From NCBI GenBank assembly GCA_030141605.1, contig JAQGDQ010000305.1, forward strand, positions 186,001 through 250,000: 64,000 nucleotides of DNA. The letters run 5' to 3'. The notes beneath the pieces were generated by a model that was not told the origin of the DNA, made no database searches, and saw nothing but the letters and a program-made list of their open reading frames with translations. The position numbers were made by a program, and so were the translations under genes. The DNA comes from Tubiluchus corallicola. Taxonomy: Eukaryota; Animalia; Priapulida. The stretch's first letter is position 1; each line of letters opens with the position of its first letter. This document shows, one piece after another, positions 54,426 to 64,000 of the stretch.

Positions 54426-57400
54426 GTTACATATATACATGTCATTCGTTATATATGTGTTGCGTCTTTATACTTGTGTAGTGGAAGTCACTTGTTAAAT
54501 GAGTGACGGCAAAGTGCTAGTGATAGCCTATCTTACTGTCACTTCAATCAAGTTTTTATACCGTACTATATTGTGGGACGAAAACATGATTTAAGTAACA
54601 GTGAGATAAATAAAAAAAATGGTATTTTTAATTAGGACGCGTCTTGTTTTCAGCTATTCCAAACTTTTGGCATTTGTGGAGTTTTGTTATTTATAATTCC
54701 CATTAATTTATATATTGATATAAACCCCAGTTTAACTAGTTGGTGTAGTAAATAATTATATTTGTAATTTGCTTAGCTTTAACATTAAACTGCCCCATAA
54801 CTACGTAAACTTTATGTTTTTATTCTCTAACATTGAAAGGCGATAAGGGCTAATAAAAGTTTATAGCTGTAGGCGCCGATTAGTTAGAAACCATTTAGTA
54901 CCCTTGCGACGTTCACAATCTGTTGCCATGTTAATGTGTGTAATTAGTTTAAGTGCAGAGCCCCAATATAATGCGGAATAGGTGCTGCAAATTAAAGATA
55001 AGTGCTAAAGCATGTCATAATCGTCTCTTTCTCTCTACTGCACGGTTAGTGGTCTAGAATAAGTTGTAAAACGTGTTTGATGAGAAGATTGTTTAATTTT
55101 GCTTTTGAGATAGTGATTGAAGCTTTATGATACAATTTGCCTTATATATTAGCTTGGAACGGACTATCAGAGAATTTTTTTCATGAAAACGGACTATTAT
55201 GAAAACAAATCTTTTTTTCCATTTTCTTGAAGTTTGAAAACGTTTTGGACTTTTAGTAGAAGCAAATGAATGTTCCGTGTAAAATACGGTAATGTAAGCA
55301 TTCTGAGCAGATTTTGTGCTTTTGATTGTTTCCTCAATGAACATTCCTACTTAATGGAGACTGGATACCGTGAAATTCTGTGTTGATATTGAAAGCCGTT
55401 TTGCTGTAGTAATTTATGGATTTTAATGTTGGAGTCGATACGTTCATTACACGCTAGCAAGCTTCTCTTTTTGGCATTCCTCTCTCATCAGGGAGTGTAA
55501 CTCATCATGTATGCTTCTCTGAGTTTAGCAATATAAATGGTTCGCATGATTTACAATGTGCTTACAGATGCTTTTTGATGAGGCGGCTTCCTGTAATAAT
55601 TTCTCTTCTTGGGCGTTAGCGATGCAGCATGAAAAACTTGGCTTCAGCAGAAATCAGTTACATTAGCAGCTGACGATTAGGTTGTTCGTGTTTATACAAA
55701 CCTTCCCGTATAAGTCCTCTTGATATCTTTCGTTATTTGGCCTTCTGTGTATTTGATCATAGTCAATAAACTAATTAACTAGGCATGATAATTAATGACT
55801 ACATTTGGAATTTTCCAAACTGCTATAATAGATGGAATGTTATTCTTTAAGCGCTTGGTTAGTCTGTACAAACTTTCAAAAGTATCAGGTTTATAGTACG
55901 TTTAACTTTAACACAGTCATTTGGTGCTAAAGTTTATTTCTGCGCCGCTGATTCTAAAGTACGTTTACTTGGCATCCGGAATGCGTTATGCGTTATCCAC
56001 CTGCGGAATAGCTGCACATAAAAAATGAATAGTAAATTGCTGCAGAAAAAAATAACGCATAACGTAGGTTTGATAAACGGGTACATTGAAAGCAATATAA
56101 ATCGATTTTGTCTATTCGGCATCCCCATATCGTATATACGTATTACGGATGCCAGGTAAACGCCACTTAAGATGTATTTTCATGTTTGTGGACTATGCGT
56201 GTTTATGATTGCAGAAAATATAAAAAAATAACTTTGTTGTCATCACATAAAGGTTTCTGGTATTCAGTAGTACTCGTGTCTTGACCAGTTTTTTGGCTTA
56301 ATTAGACTGTTAACCTGGTGCTTCGAAGTTGTGCTATAATACTCTGATACAAATAACGGCAGAGTAATATGCCACAAAACTGATTAGAATACGATTACAA
56401 TGTACTTAGCATTATGCCTGAACAAAACAAAAAGATTTTAAGATTAAAAACTCGTATATAACGCTTCAGCTGTTTGTGGATGATCCAGTTAAGCCAGAAC
56501 GGGAATGTTAATTGGAAGAAACAGGCTTGTTCATAATTTCTGCAGAGCATAGTTGTTCTAGCTGTTGTCCCTTTTTACTAAGATTTACTAATCTATATTC
56601 AAGCTTTTGGCATCTAAGAATTGTAATGTAGTAGTAATGGTAATCCATATTACTTGTTTCAGAAATCAAGGTTGATTGGTCTGACCATGCTCTCTGGTGG
56701 CCGCAGCGGAACATGTGGTTGTCACGGACACGAACGACGCTGGACCAATATGGAGTGCAAGCGGATGCTCAGTTACAATTTACACCAATGCATAAAGTAT
56801 GACAAGTTCCCAATAATTCAAGACAATGTGATTTTTTTAGAGTCAAGCAACTGGAAATATATGGATTGTGTTACTGTTGTCTATGACGTAATTAAACATT
56901 GCCGTACTAGTAATTGCATGTTGCCCATTTTTAGCCAAATCCAACACTTACAAAATTCTTAACTGCATGAAACATAAATTTGAATCCCAGATGGGATAAT
57001 TAATCAATCTTTTTCTTTGTTAAAGCTAAATATTTATGGGGCAGACCACTGCTGGCTCGCTGTCTTGTAAAGTTCAGCTCCGTTGATAATGAGCTATCTT
57101 CTGATCACCCCACAATCATTCCCATTAGGAAACCCTTGTCTCCGATTGGTAGCAACTGGCTGTCGGAATGATGAACTGTATAAATCAAGTCCCGCGAATG
57201 TAGTAGTTTTCTCACTTCTTATCCCAATGATGTGTAAAAGTTTGGAAATTCTGTGTTAGAAGACATACGAGATCATAACGACACAGCTCATTGTACTAGC
57301 TGATGTTTCACCAACAACTATGCTGCAGTTTTCTTGTTGTTCTATAGGTCATAAAGATTCAGCTGCCAGATCTTCAGTATGTCGACATGCGGATGGACGT

Positions 57401-60400
57401 CTCCGTTCGAGTCTTTTCCACAGTCATCACTTTGTGTAAACAGCTGGGTAAGCTACTCGTACGTGTTTTTCTAAAAATACCAGGCTTAGAAGCCTACCCG
57501 TTACATCAGTTTTTTGTTTATGTGCTCTCTTGCTCAGTCATGCACGGCCATGGTTATGGTAGGGGCATGGGTTGATAAGTCGATGTACAAAGTTGATATA
57601 CAGTCAATGGCAATTGCAGAAGGAAGCTGAAACTAAGCAGTCATTGTCACCTGCCCCTAACAGTAACACCTTGATTTCACATGTGTTAAATGTGAAAAAG
57701 CCTGCAAAATGGTTAATATTCAGAGACTTAGAGATTCTGTAAATAGTCCAACTTTGACTGATTTTATGGCGAAATGGTTGATACTCATAGAGACTCTGTA
57801 AATAGTCTAACATTGTCTCATTTTATGCTAATATTAATGGCTTTGAGAATTTCTTATGCCGTGGAAGAAAAAAAAGTACAAAAAGGAGTTATAGCTTTTG
57901 TATATTTATCTGTTTGTGGGAGTCGAACTAGGCATTATCCAGATGTGAAGTGAGTTTTCAATTAATTGACCCACTTTGCGAGAACTTTTTTAATTGACTT
58001 ATTGATTGACCAGTTGTCTTTCACAAGTCTTTTCTATTATAAAACAGCTAGTATTGTAATGCATTTGTTTGGTTTTGTTTTACCTGAAGTTGGCATTTTT
58101 GTTTAGTTGACTGAATTATGATGATTGATTAATTTACAACAAGTTAATAGTAATGATTTCCAATTAAAACTTAAACTCAACTTTGGTTCTTTACAGTGGT
58201 TTGTGTTATTTTAGGTATCCGTCACCCAGAGGAACTTTCTTTGCTCCGTCTGTACGACGAAAAGACGATACGAAAAGGAGGTAAACCAGAAAATAAGCAG
58301 TATGACCGCACACACAACCGTGATTTAAACATGAGTGCAACTAGCCAGGGATCCATACCTCGCACTCCGGGTACTCCGGCTACCGGCACACCCATTACTC
58401 CTCAGGTATTTATGCAGATTTGTCAGTTTATAGCTGCATCTACTTCTGCACTTCTGCAAATTCTGAAAGAATAGTAAACATTTTGTGGCTCTTTCATTTA
58501 TACGAATAGTTTTTATGTCAATATGCTTAAGTAAAAACTCCTAGTTAATTTTTTTTGAAGTTTTCATTTTTGTTCTTTCTTTTAATTAAAGTTTGTTAAA
58601 AGCAATTTAAAAGACATATTAGATTAATTAAAAAGATAGTGTTTCACAATAGCACTGCGTGCTATTCGTAGGTGAAAGAAAACAGAAACAGCATAAAAAA
58701 TTATATACCAGTTTTATGGACCGTATACTGTACATAAGTAAGATAATCGGAGGCTACTGGGTTCAGAAAAGTTTAACTATGTTCAGTGCCAGTGTTTAGT
58801 ATTATGTATAGTGTATAGTTTTGAGAAAAGTTTTGATAGTTTTTGAGTTGTGAGAAAAGCTCTGTCAATACGTATGTGTAGCAACAGAGACCAAATTTGT
58901 TTAGTTGCACAAACACTCTTAAAACTTTATTACTGACTGCTGTTCCATGTACACTACATTGTGAATAACTTGACTATACTAGAAAACTCAAACCAGCTAA
59001 AATTGGTTAATCTTGAGCAATGCAACAGAAACCAGTCAGGTGAGAAAAATATTACATTTAGGCACTGTATTATTATCACTGCTTTACTGAAAAGAGTTTT
59101 CGAAGTTCATAAAATAAATTCGTGAATCAGTTCACGACAACAGTCTTTCTTTTTCATGTTGATTTTGTTAATATAGATAGTTAGTTGTTTAAATGCAATT
59201 CCATGTTATTCGTGATTTAAAAGATTTGTGCTTTGCCCATACCACTCATATGAGTTTTTCTTATGTAGGTATTTGATGACTGTTGTGATATTGAATTTTT
59301 TATCCTATTTTGAAGCTGTTGAAGTTGAGCTATTCTTTACTTTTACAATATTTATGAGTCTAAACATGTTTCTTTGTGAGCAGTTTTTAAAGTATTTACT
59401 GCGTATTTGGTAGAATGTGCAATTATACATATTCTATTCGTTGGTTTAAAGTGACATTCGTTCACTACAGGGAACATTAATTAAAGGCAAAAGTCAGGAC
59501 CATGTAGATTACCACCCTCTCGACCCGCTAGCTTACTGGAACTACAAATACCCAGGAGTTCCATTTACAGTAACGAACAGTTTGTCGTTTACGCATGCTT
59601 GCAGTTTGTTAGCATTTTTATCTGGCATGTGTAAGTTCTACTAACACAAACCACTGATTGAAGAGCAGAAATGTGCATTCCGACTAAATCACGATGTGGC
59701 TAAGTGCCCATCTAAGAGTAATGATGCTACACGTGTGCTGAGCTCTGTGGGTCGGTGACCTCACAAGGCTTGTGTGAAAAAATGGCCAAAAGTAGGGTTT
59801 AAGTAATGAATAATGACCTAGTACATGCCTGGCGTGCTTCTTTTTGTGAGTACTGGTCAAGCAGCAGAGTTCTGATGGAAATCTATAAAGATGGTCATTG
59901 CAAATAATCCATGCATATGCGCAAAATTCATTGACATTGTACCTCACAGATGTAACTTATCGAAGGCAAAACGGAAAGCTTAAATGAAATGGTCAAGATG
60001 AATCTTCAGTGATAATTTGGACTTTTGTTAATGTACTTGTTTGAATAAACATTTTTTTTGCATTCAAAAGAAAAACAGAAATTTTATTTAGCAATAATAA
60101 ATTGATAGAAATACTCTGGTAGCAATAACTATAATTCAAATTAGTGTTTCTATTAAATAATTATTGTTTCTAATGGAAATTTTGAAAATTGGAAATATAC
60201 TGGATGTTCCAAAAAATGCAATGGAAATACAAAAAAATGTGGCAAAATTAACCTAGTATTCTGCATTATGACGTCATAATGATGTAAAAATAATATTATA
60301 TTTTATGCCATTATACCTGTTTTCTTATAGTATAACTTGGTATGACCACACTTATGGACTTTGTATGGTGTAATATTGGTATGCTTTTATTAGTGAACTA

Positions 60401-63400
60401 TTTCTTTTGGAACACCTTGTACGTCTCCAAAGTCCATACCTGCTTAATTTACTAATAAAGTAGGCATGATAGTTTATGCTCATTCGTGCGGCGATTTTTT
60501 GTCACATTTTCTCCTCTGATTTATGTTTGTTGTTCTGTAATTGAATCAGCATGTTATGTCAAAATCTTCTGATTGGCTGCTAAGTAAACTGAGTGCAATA
60601 TAGATGTACACTTTAATACTTACATTAGTACTGGCTGTTAAGTGAGTTGAGTGCAATGTGAGTGTACTTTTGTACTAAGATTAGTTTTTTACAAGTGTTT
60701 GTTAAGCATTACTCAGTGCAATGTTTACTAGTGTACAAATAATTGCAATTTTCCACATTCTAAATGTTATTACATCAAAAGGGAAATTGATTCGTTCCAT
60801 AGCATGAAATTTATTGACCACGTGTCTGCCACATGCATTCTTGTTAGGGTTACTGGCTTTGAAGTGAAAATCTGTGACCATTTAATAAAGGCAATTATCA
60901 CAATGCATGGCCAAATGACATGCTTAACTTTAGTCATAAAATCGTTCAAGATTAAGTGGTGATGCTGTGCTCTTTATTTACTGTAAGAAATGCATTGTCC
61001 TAGCATCTGTCAAGGCTATATTGCTGAAATGTAGAAAAGTTCTTTTCAAAAAACACTGTTATTGCAACGATTTTTTGCCTGTAACATAATTTTCTATTCT
61101 TTTTGTCAGGCAACATTGTGGCGTGGTTCCACAACACCAGGTAGCGTTGGTAACTCGCCATTCAATGCTAACGGCAACTTAACACCTGGTTCAACGACAA
61201 CACATAGTATCTCATTCGATGGTAGCTTCGCTAATGGCTTGGACATTTCACTTGCAGTCAGCCCACCACCGTCCCAGGCAGCATTGGACGGCAATGTTCG
61301 ATTGAGAAATTTTGTGGAGAAAGCAAGACTTAATGCTGGGTATGCTATTTTGTGCCATGGTGCATGGTGCCCGTAGTTATTAGGCTACTTGATTGCCTTT
61401 TTTATAATTTTTAAAAGTAATGTACTATAGTTGGTTATTGTGAATATAAAGCTTTGTCCAGTTTTAACTTTCTGCCAGTGATTTCAGTTTCATAAATGAT
61501 AAGGCATGTGCAAAATGCATTTACAAGATTTAAAGGAAAACCGGACCCAATCTAACCTATAGGTTAAAGCAGTACCCTTTAAAGTAGTGAAAGGCAACAT
61601 AATATTTTTTCAAGTTCGACTGTGCGGAAGAATTATTACCACTCAAACGCAATTTTACATTCGTGCGGCTAGTTCTTTGCTGTTACATACACTTCGCCAT
61701 ACATTAGTTAGGTGAACACTAGCATCTGCATTTCGGAAGTGCATTACGCAAAAAACAGAAAAACAGGGGCTGTACTTCTTAATTCAAAGGTGTTCGTTTA
61801 TGATGTAGTCTCGTTGTAGTGCACACATTAGAGAGTTCATGCGTGAGCACAGTAGTAAATTTGAAATTTGAATTTTTTTCTTAAAACTTGTTCTGTTTTA
61901 GTGTATGTCTATATCTCTTACAGTAGCTCTACTTCAGTTTTCACTTTTGTAAACACATGCAACACGCTCATGGAATGTTTTTGCTGTTGAAAATTATTTT
62001 CATTAGTGATGTCATCAATAGTAGGGTTCGCCCGCCATTAATTAAGATTTTAATCTATTATTTAATTATCAGAAACTCTCTTGCAGTATTATTGGTGATA
62101 AAATGTATACCTTTTACTGTACTTCAATATGAGGTAAGGAAAAATCATCCTGTTTTGTTTTACGGTTGCCAAATGTCATGGTATAAAATGTACACACAAA
62201 GAAAATTTAAACGGCAATGTGTCATGGCAGGTTTATTCTCATGGCTAATTGACGGGCTTTGCATAGAAGAAACACTCGAAGTGTTACAAGTTGACGCAGA
62301 ATGCCTATTGCAAGAGCCTAATGCATGCCCTTGTGTGACATTTATCATTGTAATATGATAAAAAGTATCAACAGAATAAAAAGCTCCCGTAACATGATTG
62401 TGCTGAGGGGTCACCTAAATGTTTTTACTCAAAGGCCAAAATGATGTTGCGATGAATCAGATTTTTCAATTTAATTAGTTACTTGCAGGAGGAAAATAGC
62501 TACAAGGTGTCACGAAATATTTGTGCAGTGCAGAAACCTCAGGAATGTTTTGAACAATTGCATAGAATTGCATCATGATAGCTGACATGTTGAAGATTAA
62601 TAATCTCAAAAAATAAAACTTGATAAAGTATATTAATTATTTTTTATTTTTGTTTTTTTGTTGCAAATTGTTTTTATCATGTATAAATGAGTAAAGTCAT
62701 CCCAATTTAAAACAAACTGTACATGTACTAATTAACTTCATAAGTTGCCCATAAATAGCAGTCATTTTTATTATAATTCACCAAGAGATAAAGCATCTAT
62801 AAGTCGTCGATTGTTGAACTGTTATTGGAGCGTTGATGCTCATTTGAAAACAAGATGTCATGCGCATGAATTTAAAGGAAAACCGGATGATTGTGTAAAC
62901 ATGAGTTCAGAATAAAGAATGCTCTAAAATATTGAAAACTACAATAGCTTATTTTAAATTACAAAGCTTAGATTAAATAATAATTACCTTGGATACTCAA
63001 ATTTCGTTAAACTTTCAAAGTTACATGTGCAGTGCATCTACTAAGATTGGCAGCGGTGCCTTTTTGTCACATTCGCGTGGCCAACAAATAGAAGGCGGTA
63101 CCGTGATAAGCATGATCATTAACTGCAGTGTTAGTTTCTGACTCATATGATGTAAAGCCCGTTTTTCGTGACATCATGCGTTTAAGTACTGTAACACCTA
63201 TGCAAATGTGCTTGACGGGCAAGGGAAGACGCCTGCCATTACACAAACTGTGGTTAGTTTCTGACGTAAGCAATAGCTGTGTTCGGTTGCCGTTAATTAA
63301 CCTTCTAAGCTAATTATTCAAATATAAGGAACAATTATTAACTTTTATAGGCAATAAAATGTATATTTTGGACTGTAAATTAAAATGAGATTGAGTCTAA

Positions 63401-63575
63401 ACAATCGCCCGGTCTTCCTTTAATATTTTCATATTGTAATTTAAACATAATATTTCCATTTTCTCATTCAAGTTGGTTAGATTCTTCCGTGTCATTAATG
63501 GAACAAGGCATTAGAGAAAATGACATTCTACTGCTACGCTTTCGCTTCCTTACATTCTACGATATCAATCCCAAG
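46363..63575 (+). CDS. FERMT2: Kindlin / fermitin family protein (F0-F1 region, 3' part beyond window)
   Basis: Exons 46363-46513 ([21 protein letters not shown]...[14 protein letters not shown]), 56663-56796 ([21 protein letters not shown]), 57348-57447 (IQLPDLQ), 58215-58405 ([10 protein letters not shown]), 61110-61339 (EKARLNAG) and 63473-63575 ([29 protein letters not shown]). Symbol is approximate: invertebrate unc-112/Fit-type pro-ortholog of FERMT1-3. Confidence 0.93.
47949..48861. mobile_element. Non-autonomous DNA transposon with ~40-bp inverted repeats
   Basis: tgttgggcaccgagtaactcactaaccgaagtagggtactc vs right-arm reverse complement tgtagggcgccgagtaacccactagccgaagtagggcactc; internal tacatgggcta repeats. 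Confidence 0.75.
50600..50790 (+). mobile_element. Dispersed (CA)n-bearing repeat, copy B
   Basis: Shares its core with 10851-10920; (CA)n at 50703-50783. Confidence 0.6.
52160..52300 (+). mobile_element. Degenerate SINE-like relic with a 5S rRNA-like segment
   Basis: cgaagttaagtaacgctg...tggatggttgtttgcctgg resembles 5S CGAAGTTAAGCA...TGGATGGGTGACCGCCTGG; the tail cgtctgctgtatgggcatt recurs approximately at ~39231. Confidence 0.35.
54349..54422 (+). repeat. (TTA)n microsatellite
   Basis: Perfect run. Confidence 0.97.
55958..56167. mobile_element. PIF/Harbinger (Tourist-like) MITE
   Basis: ~28-bp TIR agtacgtttacttggcatccggaatgcgt vs agtggcgtttacctggcatccgtaatacgt; TAA target duplication on both sides. 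Confidence 0.75.
60200..60419. mobile_element. Tc1/mariner-type MITE
   Basis: TA-CTGGATGTTCCAAAA ... TTTTGGAACACCTTG-TA (CAGGGTGTTCCAAAA-like TIR, TA TSD). Confidence 0.7.
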
Positions 63576-64000
63576 GTGAGTCTTATTACTAATACATAGA
63601 TTTTATTCTAATTAGCCTGGCAGTTTTTATTTAAAACTTGTGTGATAAATCGTTATTATACAAAGTTCCTTGCAGCATAAGTCAGGTGGCACAAAAAAGT
63701 GCTGCAGTTTTGATCACGATGTTTTTTAAAAAGAAAATAACGGAATCGCTTGAAAATTACCAGTCTATGTTAGTGACTTTTATGTATGAACATCAAACAG
63801 TTTAGGTCATTCTCTTAGATTTATCTAAAGATTCAGAAGTTTTAAATCAAGTAAAAAATATAAAAATAAAAACAAATCAACAAAAATGTCTCCATTATTG
63901 TTAAAATTACAATAAGTGCTCTATGTGACCACTATTTTTACTGCAAACTAGACGACAGCATTTCATTGAACAGTTGGCAATTTCTCACTTCTTTAAGGGG

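Noticed and set aside
61957-62358. 133-aa ORF in a kindlin intron
   Set aside because: No recognisable motif or splice context; probably a chance ORF.

Overview
AT-rich, intron-containing animal (invertebrate) genomic DNA. No prokaryotic features are present, and the ORF track is mostly noise or single exons. Manual splicing yields a complete 13-exon SIRT2 (+, 18327-37037, ~394 aa), a complete 4-coding-exon BTB-BACK-PHR gene of the BTBD3/BTBD6/lute type (-, 40719-44366, ~490 aa), and the first six coding exons of kindlin/fermitin (+, from 46363, running off the window), head-to-head with the BTB gene. The left ~15 kb is the unusual part. An intact exon encoding six tandem PAN/apple modules with a shifted terminal cysteine sits among apparently decayed genes: a second PAN gene, a cuticlin-like ZP gene, an RFWD3-like gene and a Rab-like fragment. 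An ORF1-only CR1/L2-type element lies next to them. Introns carry nested transposons, many with visible TSDs: a CR1 LINE with a solo LTR, an RT with a hAT MITE, an RTE stub, and hAT, Tc1 and PIF MITEs. The SIRT2 lacks the fourth zinc-ligand cysteine. All homology calls are by eye from remembered family motifs; no searches were run. I found no clear-cut new system, and the best leads are the PAN/ZP cluster and the SIRT2 zinc module.
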